DNA of 64,000 nucleotides from Rhodospirillales bacterium (GTDB lineage Bacteria > Pseudomonadota > Alphaproteobacteria > Rhodospirillales > Defluviicoccaceae). This document shows positions 21,510-32,531 of the stretch, piece after piece. The notes beneath the pieces were generated by a model. That model was not told the origin of the DNA. It saw nothing but the letters and a program-made list of their open reading frames with translations, and made no database searches. The translations under genes were made by a program, and so were the position numbers. The stretch lies in contig JAXMDO010000004.1 of assembly GCA_046348775.1 (NCBI GenBank), positions 1,832 through 65,831 on the forward strand. The letters are read 5' to 3'. Numbering within the stretch: position 1 is the first letter of the stretch; every line of letters starts with the position of its first letter.

Positions 21510-22655
21510 CTAGCGTGGTGGTGGCGTGATCCCGGACACCAGCAAGCGAACCAGGTCCGCCTGGCTGCGGCAGTCGGTCTTGGCCAGAACCTGCTTCATC
21601 TGGAAGCGGACGGTGTGAATGGAGACGCCGCGGCGCTCTGCGTACTCGCGCAGCGAGACGCCGGCGGCGACGGCGACGGCGAGCGACGCTTCGGCCGCGG
21701 TCAGCCGGTATCGAGTGCGCAGCACCGTCTCCGGCAGCGGCTCGATCAGCGCCGGGTCGTGGATGATGGCGAGCACCGCGGCCGATCCGTCCTCGCGACT
21801 GATGCCGCTCCAGCGCGGCAGCGGCCGGAATTCCATGCGGTAATCGGGCTTGCCGGAGGGCCGGCCGAGGGTGATGACGGTGCCATCTGCTTCCCCGGGG
21901 ACGACGACCGTTGCCGGCAGCGTCTGGCGGATCGCCTGTTCGATGCGAACGGCGCCCTGACTGTGGGTGGCGGTCAGCTTGCCGGCGGTCATGGCGAGGC
22001 CGTCAGCGGCGGCGATGACCCGCCGCGCGGCGGCGTTGGCGAAGAGAACCTCGCCACTCGCATCGAGGATCAATCCCGCCGTCGGCAGCTCTTCGAACGC
22101 CGCCGACATCAGGGCTGCCTGACCGCCAAGCTGTCTCATCCGCAGGCGAAGCGCACCCGATCGCTCGAAATGCGGCAGATAGACGCCGAAGGTCTGGTGC
22201 TGGGACTGCTCGAACTCGTCGCGCGGCCGGCCTTGGGCGCACGTGACGATGGTGCCGAAGCGGGGTGCGGGGGAGATATTGACGTGCAGCAGATGGGCGA
22301 GCCCATACCGCGGCAGAAACTCGTTGTGAAAGGCGCTGCGGCGGCGCTCGGTGGTGGTGATGAGGCTGCGATCGTCGAGAATGAGCCGCCGATGCGCCCG
22401 GTTGACCCGTGGCACCCGCACATCTGACGCCAGATAGTTATCGAGGTAGTCCTGGTCGGAACCTTCCGGTATGCCGCCGCCGACACCGACGACCACCTCG
22501 CCACTGGTCTGATCGATCATCTTGAAGTAGGCAGCATCGCAACCCATGACGCCGGCAAACCGGGTCATCACCTCGCGCAGCTGGAATGGATCGGCGATCG
22601 CGTCGTAAATGGCGGCGATCAGCTCCGGATCCGGTGCGTTTCCCCCTGCGAGCAT
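21510..22655 (-). CDS. LuxR-family transcriptional regulator with an N-terminal sensor region
   Basis: C-terminal HTH: LTAAEASLAVAVAAGVSLREYAERRGVSIHTVRFQMKQVLAKTDCRSQADLVRLL. The N-terminal roughly 300 aa has no motif I recognise. Confidence 0.75.
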   Translation of the reverse strand: MLAGGNAPDPELIAAIYDAIADPFQLREVMTRFAGVMGCDAAYFKMIDQTSGEVVVGVGGGIPEGSDQDYLDNYLASDVRVPRVNRAHRRLILDDRSLITTTERRRSAFHNEFLPRYGLAHLLHVNISPAPRFGTIVTCAQGRPRDEFEQSQHQTFGVYLPHFERSGALRLRMRQLGGQAALMSAAFEELPTAGLILDASGEVLFANAAARRVIAAADGLAMTAGKLTATHSQGAVRIEQAIRQTLPATVVVPGEADGTVITLGRPSGKPDYRMEFRPLPRWSGISREDGSAAVLAIIHDPALIEPLPETVLRTRYRLTAAEASLAVAVAAGVSLREYAERRGVSIHTVRFQMKQVLAKTDCRSQADLVRLLVSGITPPPR

Positions 22656-22927
22656 CCCGGAAACACGCTTGTTGGCGACACAATCCCCACGGGTAACGCC
22701 CTGGCGGCCAATTCTACCGTGACCATAATCCAGATGGGAGATGAAAAGTGTCCGTTCGGCGCTTTCTATCGGTGCCGGCCGCCGGGGTTCCGGTGGCGAC
22801 CACCAGGATACCGCGAAATCCGCGGCTTTCTGGCTCCTGGTATCGGCACGGGCGCGGCACGCCGTGGGGGGCGGTAGCCGCGCCCCATTCCGCGCCGGCC
22901 CCTATTCTGCGCTGATACGGCGGTAGT

Positions 22928-23482
22928 TCAGAAGCTGTCGTCCGTATCGAAGCCGGTGTCCGACTCTTCCTCGTAGTGGGTATCCTCGAACAGCCGTTCG
23001 TCGTCGCCGATCTCGCTCGCCGCCGCATCGGCGGCAAACAGCTCGGCGAGAGCGCTGCCGAGAAGCACCCCGCCGGCGACGCCCACCGCCGTCTGCGCGG
23101 CGCCGGCGAGAAAGCCGCCGCCCTGGCGATGACGGGGATCGGCGTAGGCAGAAACGCGTGCATCCCAACCGGATGTGGAGGGGGATGGCGTCTGCCGGCG
23201 GACGCCGGTCGGCGGGGAGCCGCCGAACAGACCGGTCAGAAAGCTGTTGGACGCTCGCTCGCTGGCTTGCCGTTCCAGCTCATCGATGCGGGCCTCGGCG
23301 GCGGCCAGGGCCTGCTGCTGGACGAGGATCGTCTGCGCCATGTAATAGGGTGCGGCTGGCTGGCGACCGAGATGGTCACAGATGCGCCTCTCAGCCTCGT
23401 CGTCACGACCACCGGAGCGCTCCTCGACGGCGCGGATCTTCTCGAACAGCTCGTCGATGACCTGTCGTTCGTTGTCGTCCAT
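22928..23482 (-). CDS. DUF2076-like protein of unknown function
   Basis: N-terminus MDDNERQVIDELFEKIRAVEERSG, a coiled-coil, a Gly-rich segment and an acidic tail. This resembles my memory of the DUF2076 family. Confidence 0.55.
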   Translation of the reverse strand: MDDNERQVIDELFEKIRAVEERSGGRDDEAERRICDHLGRQPAAPYYMAQTILVQQQALAAAEARIDELERQASERASNSFLTGLFGGSPPTGVRRQTPSPSTSGWDARVSAYADPRHRQGGGFLAGAAQTAVGVAGGVLLGSALAELFAADAAASEIGDDERLFEDTHYEEESDTGFDTDDSF

Positions 23483-23622
23483 GAACTTCCCCTATCGGCT
23501 GGTGGCCGATCGCAAAATCAAACTCTACTGGTATTGCCTGCGGGTCGATGCGGTCAAGCGCGGCGCATGCCGGTGCTTGAGCCCGATCTATTCTATCGAG
23601 GCTTGTCGGCGGCAGTGGCGAC

Positions 23623-26600
23623 TCACCCGTCGACGACGTCGCGGACGCCGGGAATGGCGCGCAGTCGGGCCGCGGCATCGGCGGTCACCGACCGACGCAG
23701 CGGCAACAGGACCGTCGCCTCGATCCCCTCATCCAGCCAGGTGACGAGGCGGATGACGTCGCTCCCGTTAGGCTGCCGGGTGAGCAGCGTGTGCACGGCG
23801 GCAACGGCATCGGTCGAATCGATGTGGATGGCCAGTGTCCCGCCCAGCTTGGCCAGCGCCTGATCCACGGGCTCGATCTCCTGGGCGGTGATGCGGAGGC
23901 TTTCTGCCTCCACCTGGACGGCGCCGCGGACGAGGATCGCCGATCCAGGCTCCAGCAACGGGCGGCGGGCGGCGAGGATTTCGGAGAAAACGGTGATCTC
24001 GAAGACGCCGGTGGGATCGGAGAGTTGGACGAAGGCGTAGCGGGTCCCCTTCGCCGACGATCGCTCTCGCTTGGCGAGCACGGTGCCGGCGAGGATGACC
24101 GCTCCCGAATCGGTGCGTGTCGCAAGATCGGCCGACCGGGTCACCCCCAGGCGTTTCAGCTTCGCCTGATAGCCATCCAGCGGATGCGCCGAAAGGTAGA
24201 AGCCGACGGCATCCAGTTCCTCCTTCAGCCGCTCCGCCGGTGACCAGTCATCGACGCGGGCGAGTCGCAGCCCCTCTTCACCGCCGCTGGCGCCGCCACC
24301 GAACAGACCCATCTGCCCACTCTCCCGGTCCTCGGCGAGCAGGCTGGCGCGGCGCAGCATGGCATCGACGCTGGCGACGACCCGGCGGCGGTTGCCGTCC
24401 AGCCGGTCGAAGGCGCCGGCGCGGGCCAGGTTTTCCAGCTGTCGCTTGTTGGCATGGCGGCAGTCGAGGCGGCCGGCGAAGTCGTCCAGCGATCGGAAGC
24501 GGCCGTTGCGCCGCCGCTCATCCACCAGCGCCTGCACCGCCGTCAGCCCCACCGTCTTGATCGCCGCTAGGCCGTAACGGACGGCGCCGCCGCTCGCATC
24601 GCCCCCAGCGCCGACATCACCGCCGTATTCGACGGTGAAGGTTTCCGCCGAGGCGTTGATGTCGGGCGGCAGCAGGCGGATGCCGAGCCGGTCCAGTTCG
24701 CGTCGAAAGCCGTTGAGCTTGTCAGTGTTGCCGAGGTCGAGGGTCATCGACGCGGCGAAGAACTCGACGGGGAAGTTCGCTTTCAGATACGCGGTCTGGT
24801 AGGCGATCAGGGCGTATGCGGCCGCATGAGACTTGTTGAAGCCGTAGCCGGCGAACTTGTTGACGTGCTCGAAGATGCGCGCCGCCGTCGCCTCGGACAC
24901 CTTGCGGGCCCGAGCGCCGCCGATGAAGGTCTCCCGTTGCTGGTCCATCTCCGACTGGATCTTCTTGCCCATGGCCCGCCGCAAGATATCGGCGCCGCCG
25001 AGCGTGTAGCCGCAGAGCACCTGCGCGATCTGCATGACCTGCTCTTGGTAGATCATGATCCCGTAGGTTTCCTTCAGGATCGGCTCCAGCAGCGGGTGCA
25101 GGTAGTCGGGCTTTTCCTCCCCGTGCTTGCGGTGGATGTAGCTCGGGATGTTGGCCATCGGCCCCGGCCGGTAGAGGGCGACGACGGCGATGATGTCCTC
25201 GAAGCTGTCGGGCTTCAGCTTGCGGAGCGCGTCGCGCATGCCGGCACTTTCCAGCTGGAAGACGCCGACGGTGTCGCCGCGGCCGAGCATGTCGTAGGTG
25301 CCGGGGTCATCGAGGGGCAGGCGCGACAGATCGAGGTCGATGTTCCGGCCCCGCTTCAGCAGCGCAAGCGTTTCCGCCAGTACCGTCAGCGTCTTCAGGC
25401 CGAGGAAGTCGAACTTCACCAGTCCCGCCTGTTCCACCCACTTCATGTTGAAGCCGGAAACCAGCAGAGACGAGCGCGGGTCGCGGTAGAGGGGGATCAT
25501 CTCCTGCAGCGGCCGATCGGCGATGACGACGCCCGCCGCATGGGTGGAGGCGTGGCGATACAATCCCTCCAACTGGCGGGCGATGCCCACCAGCCGCGCC
25601 ACCGTTTCGTCTTCGGCGATCATCGCCTGCAATTGCGGCTCGCCGTTGATGGCCTGGGCGAGGGTGACCGGGTTGGCCGGGTTGTTGGGCACCAGCTTGC
25701 ACAGCTTGTCCACGTGGCCGTAGGCCATGCCCAGGACCCGGCCTACGTCGCGCAGCACGGCGCGCGCCTGCAGCTTGCCGAAGGTGATGATCTGCGCCAC
25801 CCGGTCGGCGCCGTAGCGCTCGATGACGTGGCGGATTACCTCGTCGCGCCGGTCCTGGCAGAAGTCGATGTCGAAGTCCGGCATCGAGATGCGCTCCGGG
25901 TTGAGGAAGCGCTCGAACAGGAGGCCGAAGCGGATCGGATCGAGGTCGGTGATGGTCAGCGCCCAGGCGACGACCGAACCGGCGCCGGAACCGCGGCCGG
26001 GGCCGACGGGAATCCCGGCTTCCTTGGCCCACTGGATGAATTCGGCTACGACGAGGAAGTAGCCGGCGAATCCCATCTTGCAGATGACGTCCAGTTCGAA
26101 GGCGAGCCGGTCGCGGTACTGGCGGAACAGCTGTTCCGCGGCGGCACCGTCTTGTCCCGCCGTCGCCACGTGGTCGGCCAGCCGTCGCTCCAGGCCGCCG
26201 GCGGCCTCGCCGCGCAGCACGTCCTCTTCGCTCTTCCCCGGACCGCAGTCGTAGTGGGGCAGCATCGGCTTCACCGACCGGACGAGGAAGGCGGTGCGGC
26301 GGGCGATCAGGCCGGTGTTGGCGATGGCATCCGGCAGATCGGCGAACAGCTCGCTCATCATCGCCGGCGTCTTCAGGTAATGCTCGGGGCTGAGGCGACG
26401 GCGCTCGGGGTCGGCGAGAGTGGTTCCCTCGGCGATGCACAGGAGCGCGTCCTGCGCCTCGTACATCTCTGGGCCGGGAAAGTAGGCGTCGTTGGTGGCG
26501 ACGATGGGCAGGCCGCGGTGTTCGGCGAGCTCGATCAGTCCTCCCTCGATCGCCTGCTCGTCCGCCAGGCCGTGCCGCTGCAGCTCCACGTAAAGGTGAT

Positions 26601-27120
26601 CGCCGAAACCATCGGCAAGGCGAGCGAGGAGATTGGCGGCGAGGTCCCGCTTGCCGTCCAGGAGTAGTCGGCCGAGAGGGCCGCCGGCGCCGCCGGTCAG
26701 CAAGATCAGGCCGGCGCCGTGGGCGATCAGCGTCTCCACCGACACCTGCGGCGTCTGCTCGGCCATGGGGTCGAGCTGGGCGCGGGCGACCAGCGACAGG
26801 AGATTGGCATAGCCGGTCGGCGACTGAACGAGGAGGACGACGGAATCGACGGCGGTCGATGCACGCGGTCGCAGCCCGGTGCCGCCATTGCCGACGGTGC
26901 CGGTGAGACCGAGCTGGCAGCCGATGATCGGCTGAATGCCCTTGTCGCCCAGCGTCGCCGAGAACTCCATGGCACCAAACAGATTGTTGGTGTCGGTGAT
27001 GGCGATCGCCGGCATCCCCATCCCCCGGCAGAGGCCGGGGAGCTCCTTGATGCGGACCGCCCCTTCCGAGAGGGAGTATTGGGTATGGACGCGGAGATGG
27101 ACGAAGACGGGCTCGGTCAT
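23623..27120 (-). CDS. dnaE: DNA polymerase III alpha subunit
   Basis: 1165 aa. PHP domain FVHLRVHTQYSLSEGA, palm/fingers blocks GPGRGSGAGSVVAWALTITDLDP and FERFLNPERISMPDFDIDF, plus YGFNKSHAAAYA. Confidence 0.95.
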   Translation of the reverse strand: MTEPVFVHLRVHTQYSLSEGAVRIKELPGLCRGMGMPAIAITDTNNLFGAMEFSATLGDKGIQPIIGCQLGLTGTVGNGGTGLRPRASTAVDSVVLLVQSPTGYANLLSLVARAQLDPMAEQTPQVSVETLIAHGAGLILLTGGAGGPLGRLLLDGKRDLAANLLARLADGFGDHLYVELQRHGLADEQAIEGGLIELAEHRGLPIVATNDAYFPGPEMYEAQDALLCIAEGTTLADPERRRLSPEHYLKTPAMMSELFADLPDAIANTGLIARRTAFLVRSVKPMLPHYDCGPGKSEEDVLRGEAAGGLERRLADHVATAGQDGAAAEQLFRQYRDRLAFELDVICKMGFAGYFLVVAEFIQWAKEAGIPVGPGRGSGAGSVVAWALTITDLDPIRFGLLFERFLNPERISMPDFDIDFCQDRRDEVIRHVIERYGADRVAQIITFGKLQARAVLRDVGRVLGMAYGHVDKLCKLVPNNPANPVTLAQAINGEPQLQAMIAEDETVARLVGIARQLEGLYRHASTHAAGVVIADRPLQEMIPLYRDPRSSLLVSGFNMKWVEQAGLVKFDFLGLKTLTVLAETLALLKRGRNIDLDLSRLPLDDPGTYDMLGRGDTVGVFQLESAGMRDALRKLKPDSFEDIIAVVALYRPGPMANIPSYIHRKHGEEKPDYLHPLLEPILKETYGIMIYQEQVMQIAQVLCGYTLGGADILRRAMGKKIQSEMDQQRETFIGGARARKVSEATAARIFEHVNKFAGYGFNKSHAAAYALIAYQTAYLKANFPVEFFAASMTLDLGNTDKLNGFRRELDRLGIRLLPPDINASAETFTVEYGGDVGAGGDASGGAVRYGLAAIKTVGLTAVQALVDERRRNGRFRSLDDFAGRLDCRHANKRQLENLARAGAFDRLDGNRRRVVASVDAMLRRASLLAEDRESGQMGLFGGGASGGEEGLRLARVDDWSPAERLKEELDAVGFYLSAHPLDGYQAKLKRLGVTRSADLATRTDSGAVILAGTVLAKRERSSAKGTRYAFVQLSDPTGVFEITVFSEILAARRPLLEPGSAILVRGAVQVEAESLRITAQEIEPVDQALAKLGGTLAIHIDSTDAVAAVHTLLTRQPNGSDVIRLVTWLDEGIEATVLLPLRRSVTADAAARLRAIPGVRDVVDG

Positions 27121-27133
27121 CGGCGCCCCCGTC

Positions 27134-27814
27134 TCACGCCGCCCGCAGGAGGCCGTCTTTGAGGGTGACGGTCCGGTCCATCCGGGCCGCCAGCAGCGGA
27201 TTGTGGGTGGCGATCACCGCTGCCAGCTGGGCGCCACGCGCCAGCCGGATGAGGAGATCGAAGACATCCTCGGCGGTGTGGGGGTCGAGGTTGCCGGTGG
27301 GCTCGTCGGCGAGCAGCAGTTGTGGCGCGTTGGCCAGGGCGCGGGCGATGGCCACCCGCTGCTGTTCGCCGCCGGAGAGCTGTCCCGGTCGATGGTGCAG
27401 GCGTTCGGCCAGCCCCAGTTCCGCCAGCAACTCGCCGCTGCGGGCGTCGCTGGCCCGTCGGCCGCGGCCGGCGATCAGCTGCGGCAGGCTGACGTTCTCC
27501 AGCGCCGAGAACTCCGGCAGCAGGTGGTGATACTGGTAGACGAAGCCGATGCCCAGGCGACGGATCAACGTCCGGGCGCGGTCGTCGAGGGCGCCGCACG
27601 CCCGGCCGTCGATGGCCACCTCGCCGCCGTCGGGCCGCTCGAGAAGCCCCGCGATGTGCAGCAGCGTCGACTTGCCGGCGCCGGACGGGCCGACCAGGGC
27701 CACCAGTTCGCCCCTGGCGACGCTGAGATCGACCCCTCGCAGCACCTCCAGCGAGGCTCGGCCTTGCGCATAGCGGCGAACGATGCCGGAGAGCCGGAAC
27801 AGCGGCTCATTCAT
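27134..27814 (-). CDS. lolD: Lipoprotein-releasing ABC transporter ATP-binding protein LolD
   Basis: Walker [10 protein letters not shown], signature [15 protein letters not shown] and Walker [13 protein letters not shown]. It overlaps the upstream LolC/E-type permease gene. Confidence 0.85.
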   Translation of the reverse strand: MNEPLFRLSGIVRRYAQGRASLEVLRGVDLSVARGELVALVGPSGAGKSTLLHIAGLLERPDGGEVAIDGRACGALDDRARTLIRRLGIGFVYQYHHLLPEFSALENVSLPQLIAGRGRRASDARSGELLAELGLAERLHHRPGQLSGGEQQRVAIARALANAPQLLLADEPTGNLDPHTAEDVFDLLIRLARGAQLAAVIATHNPLLAARMDRTVTLKDGLLRAA

Positions 27815-29051
27815 ACCGGAGCGCTTCCGCCGGCTCGATCCGCGCCGCCCGCCAGGACGGGTAGAGGGTGGCGAGGAAGGAGAGCACCAGCGCCATGATG
27901 GTGACCACCGCCACCTCCGAGGCGTCCACCTTGGCCGGCAGCTTCGACAGGAAGTAGATCTCGGAGGCGAACAGATCGGTGCCGGTGAACCCCTGGATCC
28001 ACTGGCGGATCGACTCGATGTTGCGTGCGAACGTGAGCCCGATGACGAACCCCAAGAGCGTGCCGACGACGCCGACGCTGGAGCCGGCGATGAAGAAGAT
28101 GCGGGTGATCGACCCCTTGGTCGCCCCCATCGTTCTGAGGATGGCGATCGCCCGCCCCTTTTCCTTCACCAGCATGATAAGGCTGGAGATAATGTTGAAG
28201 GCGGCAACGACGATGATCAGGGTCAGGATCAGGAACATGACGTTGCGTTCCACCTGGATCGCATTGAAGAACCCCGCGTTCAGCCGCTGCCAATCGGTGA
28301 CACGGAGCGGCTGGTCGGTCTCCCGCCAGATCAGCTTGGTCACCTCGGCGGCGCGGTCCGGATCGTCGAGAAAGACCTCCAGCGTCGTCACCGCCCCCGG
28401 CATGTTGAAGTAGGTCTGCGCCGCCTCAAGCGGCATGAAAACAAAGCTGGAATCGTATTCGTACATGCCGACGTCGAAGAGGGCGACGATCCGGTAGGCG
28501 CGCACCCGCGGCACGGTACCGAAGGCGGTCACGGTGCCGGCGGGGGAGATCAAGGTCAGCCGGTCGCCGACGGTGAGGCCAAGGCGTTCGGCGAGACGAT
28601 CGCCGATGGCGATGGCGTCGTTGCCGTCGAATGCGTCGAGGCTGCCGGCGGTGATGGCGCTGGCGATCAGGCTGCGCTGCCGCATGTCCTGGGGACTGAG
28701 GCCGCGGACGACGGCGCCGCGGGCGACGCCGGAGGCGGAGACCATCACCTGGTTCTCGATCATCGGATCGGCGAACCGCACGCCCGGCAGGCGGGCGACC
28801 TGCGCCCGGAGGCCCTCGTAGTCGGTGATGCCACCGACCTGGCCCTGGATGTTGATGTGGCCGTTGAGGCCGAGGATGCGGCCCAGGAGTTCGGCGCGGA
28901 AGCCGTTCATCACCGACATGACGATGATCAGGGTGGCGACGCCGAGCGCGATGCCGAGAAAGGAGAGCAGCGCGATCAGCGAGATGAAGCCCTCCTGTCG
29001 GCGCGGCTTCAGATAGCGCATGGCCACGTGCCATTCGAAACGCGAGAACAA
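27807..29051 (-). CDS. lolC: Lipoprotein-releasing system permease LolC/LolE family
   Basis: The conserved N-terminus [38 protein letters not shown] requires the TTG start at 29051, which has GGAG 10 nt upstream. That gives 414 aa. The remainder of ORF 27807..29975 overlaps proS out of frame and is an artefact. Confidence 0.8.
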   Translation of the reverse strand: MFSRFEWHVAMRYLKPRRQEGFISLIALLSFLGIALGVATLIIVMSVMNGFRAELLGRILGLNGHINIQGQVGGITDYEGLRAQVARLPGVRFADPMIENQVMVSASGVARGAVVRGLSPQDMRQRSLIASAITAGSLDAFDGNDAIAIGDRLAERLGLTVGDRLTLISPAGTVTAFGTVPRVRAYRIVALFDVGMYEYDSSFVFMPLEAAQTYFNMPGAVTTLEVFLDDPDRAAEVTKLIWRETDQPLRVTDWQRLNAGFFNAIQVERNVMFLILTLIIVVAAFNIISSLIMLVKEKGRAIAILRTMGATKGSITRIFFIAGSSVGVVGTLLGFVIGLTFARNIESIRQWIQGFTGTDLFASEIYFLSKLPAKVDASEVAVVTIMALVLSFLATLYPSWRAARIEPAEALRYE

Positions 29052-29068
29052 GCGGGTGGGGCTCCTTG

Positions 29069-30382
29069 CTAGCCGGCCAGGCGTGCCAGCGCCGCCTCGA
29101 CGGACATCTCGTCGCGCGCACCGGTGCGACGGTCCTTGATCTCGACCCGGTCGGCGGCGGCGCCCCGTGGGCCGACGATGACCTGCAGCGGCAGCCCGAT
29201 CAGATCCATCTCCGAGAACTTGACCCCGGCGCGCTCGTTGCGGTCGTCCCACAGAATGGCGACGCCGGCGGTGGTGCAGCCGTCGTACAGGCGGGCGCAG
29301 ACGGCGCCGGTCGCCGCGTCGCCGGCCTTCAGGTCGACCAGCCCGGCGGCGAAGGGAGCGACGCTCGCCGGCCAGACGATCCCGGCGTCGTCGTGGGAGG
29401 CCTCGATGATGGCGCCGACCAGCCGCGAGACACCGATGCCGTAGGAGCCCATCTCGATGGCCACCGGCTCGCCTTCCGGGCCGGCGACGACGGCGCCCAG
29501 CGGCTTCGAGTATTTGGTTCCGAAGTAGAAGATGTGGCCGACCTCGATCCCGCGCCCGGTGACCAGGTCGGCTCCCAGCGCCGCCTCGACGGCGGCATCG
29601 CGGCGTTCGTCGGTGGCGGCGTAGCGCCTCGTGTACTCGTCGACGATGGGAGAGAGGTCGCCGTCGAAATCGAGGGTGCGGCCGGCCAGCGAGAGCGCGG
29701 CGAAGTCCCGGTGATAGGCGATCTCGCTCTCGCCGGTGTCGGCGAGGATGACGAACTCGTGGCTGAGATCGCCGCCGATCGGCCCGGTGTCGGCCTGCAT
29801 GGGGATCGCCTTCAGCCCCATGCGCTCGAAGGTGCGCAGATAGCAGACGAACATCTTGTGGTAGGCGCGGACGGCGCCGGCGCGGTCGAGATCGAACGAG
29901 TACGAATCCTTCATTAGGAATTCGCGGCCGCGCATGACGCCGAAACGCGGCCGGATCTCGTCGCGGAATTTCCACTGGATGTGATAGAGCAGCCGCGGCA
30001 GCTGCCGGTAGCTCTTCACCGTGGCGCGGACGATCTCGGTGATCAGTTCCTCGTTGGTCGGGCCGTACAGCAGCTCCCGCTCGTGGCGATCGAGAATGCG
30101 CAGCATCTCAGGGCCGTAGGCGTCGTAGCGGCCGCTCTCCCGCCACAGCTCCGCCGGCTGGATGGTCGGCATCAGCATCTCGAGGCAGCCGGCACGGTCC
30201 TGTTCCTCGCGGACGATCCGCTCGATGTTGCGCAGCACTCTGAGGCCAAGCGGCAGCCACGAGTAGATGCCGGCGCTCGACTGGCGGACGAGGCCGGCGC
30301 GCAGCATCAGCCGATGCGAGGCGATCTGGGCCTCGGACGGCGTCTCCTTCAGCGTCGGCAGAAGGTAGCGGGATAGCCGCAT
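29069..30382 (-). CDS. proS: Prolyl-tRNA synthetase (short form without the editing insertion)
   Basis: 437 aa starting [34 protein letters not shown]. Class II motifs are present ([25 protein letters not shown]; [10 protein letters not shown]). Confidence 0.95.
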   Translation of the reverse strand: MRLSRYLLPTLKETPSEAQIASHRLMLRAGLVRQSSAGIYSWLPLGLRVLRNIERIVREEQDRAGCLEMLMPTIQPAELWRESGRYDAYGPEMLRILDRHERELLYGPTNEELITEIVRATVKSYRQLPRLLYHIQWKFRDEIRPRFGVMRGREFLMKDSYSFDLDRAGAVRAYHKMFVCYLRTFERMGLKAIPMQADTGPIGGDLSHEFVILADTGESEIAYHRDFAALSLAGRTLDFDGDLSPIVDEYTRRYAATDERRDAAVEAALGADLVTGRGIEVGHIFYFGTKYSKPLGAVVAGPEGEPVAIEMGSYGIGVSRLVGAIIEASHDDAGIVWPASVAPFAAGLVDLKAGDAATGAVCARLYDGCTTAGVAILWDDRNERAGVKFSEMDLIGLPLQVIVGPRGAAADRVEIKDRRTGARDEMSVEAALARLAG

Positions 30383-30600
30383 GATATGGCGTCGGAACCC
30401 TGGTCAGGCCGACCGCGGCGCGGCCGGGAAGGACGGCATTCCCGCCGACCCGGCGGCGACATTAGGGCAACCCCGTCCCGGCATCAACCGCCAGCGTCGG
30501 GACTTGTGTCCGTTCCCCTCGCGTGCCAGCTGACACGGGACCGCCCGCGTTTTGCCTTGTTTCGTTTCGTCTGGCCTCCTCTCTCCTTCGGCACCCGATC

Positions 30601-31362
30601 ATGGATCCCTACCACGTTGCCCTTCTCGTCGGCGCCGGCATTCTCGGCGGCAGCATCAATGCCATCGCCGGCGGTGCCACCTTTTTCACCTTTCCGGCGA
30701 TGATGGCCGCCGGGCTGGGGCCAGTCGCCGCCAATGCCTCCAACACGGTGGCCCTGGCGCCGGCCAGTTTCGCCGCCTTCATCGCCATGCGGCGGCACCT
30801 TCCCGGCGCCCGCCATCTCCTCGTCTCGTTCCTCATCCTGGGCGTCGTCGGCGGTGCCCTCGGTGCCTGGCTGGTGCTATGGCTCGGCGACGCCCGCTTT
30901 CGCGCCTGCGTTCCCTGGCTGCTCCTCGTCGCCACGGTGATGTTCGCGGCGGGCCCGTGGCTGGTCGGGCTGATGAAGCGGGCCAACCTGCACCACGAGC
31001 GCCCCGCGGTGCGGGGGGCTGGGCTCGTCCTGCAGGCGGCGATCGGCGTCTACGGCGGCTTTTTCGGCGCCGGCATGGGAATGGTGACCCTGGCCGGGCT
31101 GAACCTGCTCGGTCTCGACGACATCCGGGTGATGAACGCGCTGAAAAACCTGTTCACCTCGCTTTGCAACGGCGTCGCCATCATCGTCTTCGTCGTCGCC
31201 GGCGCGGTGAGCTGGCCGCATGCCCTGATCATGATGAGCGGCGGCCTCATCGGCGGCTACATCGGCGGCCACGCCGGCAACCGGCTTCCGGCCAAGTACG
31301 CGCGGATGATCGTCACCGCCGTCGGCACCGTGCTCACCATCGCCTACTTCATCAAGGACTGA
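30601..31362 (+). CDS. TSUP-family (TauE/SafE) anion exporter membrane protein
   Basis: From the ATG at 30601: MDPYHVALLVGAGILGGSINAIAGGATFFTFPAMMAAGL. About eight hydrophobic helices with an internal repeat. Confidence 0.8.
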   Translation: MDPYHVALLVGAGILGGSINAIAGGATFFTFPAMMAAGLGPVAANASNTVALAPASFAAFIAMRRHLPGARHLLVSFLILGVVGGALGAWLVLWLGDARFRACVPWLLLVATVMFAAGPWLVGLMKRANLHHERPAVRGAGLVLQAAIGVYGGFFGAGMGMVTLAGLNLLGLDDIRVMNALKNLFTSLCNGVAIIVFVVAGAVSWPHALIMMSGGLIGGYIGGHAGNRLPAKYARMIVTAVGTVLTIAYFIKD

Positions 31363-31576
31363 CACCCGGGATCAGGGGCTGACGCCCGGGGCGGGAGAGG
31401 CGCGCGGACGGCCCGGCGCCTTGCAATCGGCCGGTTTCGGGAGTATGTAGCCGGCATCTCTCACGCGGCCTTGCGGGGAGAGGGTGTTCGTTCGCTCTCT
31501 TTTCGCTCCGGTCCCGAACCCGCTACGGGGGAGGGAGACGCCGCGGCGGTGCAACCGGAACAGGATTGATTTCACC

Positions 31577-32416
31577 ATGACCATGCCGACGTTCACCATG
31601 CGCCAGCTCCTGGAAGCGGGCGTGCATTTCGGCCATACCACGCGCCGCTGGAACCCGAAGATGGGACCGTTCCTCTTCGGCGTCCGCAACGGCACCCACA
31701 TCATCGACCTGGAACAGACGGTGCCGATGCTCTATCGGGCGCTCACCGCCGTTCGGGACGTGGTCGCCGCCGGCGGCCGGGTGCTGATCGTCGGCACCAA
31801 GCGGCAGGCGAGCGAACTGGTCGCCGACGGGGCCAAGCGCTGCGGCCAGTACTACGTCAACCACCGCTGGCTCGGCGGCATGCTCACCAACTGGCGGACG
31901 ATCTCCATCTCCATCAAGCGGTTGCGCGACCTGGACAATCGCCTGTCCGGCGACAACGTGGGGCTGACCAAGAAGGAACTTCTGCAGTTGACCCGCGAGC
32001 GGGACAAGCTGGAGCGCGCGCTGGGCGGCATCAAGGAGATGGGCGGGCTGCCGGCGCTATTGTTCGTCATCGACACCAACAAGGAAGCGATCGCCGTTGC
32101 CGAGGCCAATAAGCTGGGCATTCCGGTGGTTGCCGTCGTCGATTCCAATTCCGATCCGCAAGGGGTCGATTTCCCGATCCCCGGCAACGACGATGCACTG
32201 CGGGCGATCGGTCTCTACTGCGATCTGATCGTCGAGTCGGTGCTCGACGGCATTCAGCGGGAGATGACGGCCTCCGGCATCGATCTCGGCGCCCAGGCGG
32301 AACCCCTTGAGAGCGCACTGCCGGCGGATGGCGGCGACAGCGAGGTTGCCGGCGATAGCCTTGCCGTCGGCGGTGGCGAGCCGGGCGAAGGCGCCTCGGC
32401 GACGCCTGCTGCCTGA
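31577..32416 (+). CDS. rpsB: 30S ribosomal protein S2
   Basis: From the ATG at 31577: [48 protein letters not shown]. Confidence 0.95.
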   Translation: MTMPTFTMRQLLEAGVHFGHTTRRWNPKMGPFLFGVRNGTHIIDLEQTVPMLYRALTAVRDVVAAGGRVLIVGTKRQASELVADGAKRCGQYYVNHRWLGGMLTNWRTISISIKRLRDLDNRLSGDNVGLTKKELLQLTRERDKLERALGGIKEMGGLPALLFVIDTNKEAIAVAEANKLGIPVVAVVDSNSDPQGVDFPIPGNDDALRAIGLYCDLIVESVLDGIQREMTASGIDLGAQAEPLESALPADGGDSEVAGDSLAVGGGEPGEGASATPAA

Positions 32417-32438
32417 ACCAAGCAGTTTGAACCCCCAT

Positions 32439-32462
32439 ACAGCCCGCCCTCCCGCGGGCTGT
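32439..32462 (+). terminator. Perfect 9-bp hairpin in the rpsB-tsf spacer (candidate attenuator or partial terminator)
   Basis: acagcccgc-cctccc-gcgggctgt, starting 23 nt after the rpsB stop. An rpsB-tsf intergenic attenuator is known in E. coli. No U-tract here. Confidence 0.4.
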
Positions 32463-32531
32463 AAGCCCGATCAAACCAACCCCACGCGACGCATTGGCTC
32501 GACCGGACGTCGCTGCCGGAGACTTTAGACG

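Noticed and set aside
24826-26667. 613-aa plus-strand ORF, and a 377-aa minus-strand alternative-frame ORF, inside dnaE
   Set aside because: - The 613-aa plus-strand ORF is antisense to dnaE.
- The 377-aa minus-strand ORF lies on the dnaE strand in a different frame.
- Both have low-complexity Arg/Gly/Pro composition.
- The same reasoning applies to other long shadow ORFs: 9883..11319, 13664..15202, 17752..19113, 18972..20762, 27783..29072, 40039..41403, 52684..54033 and 55031..56473 upstream of 55675.
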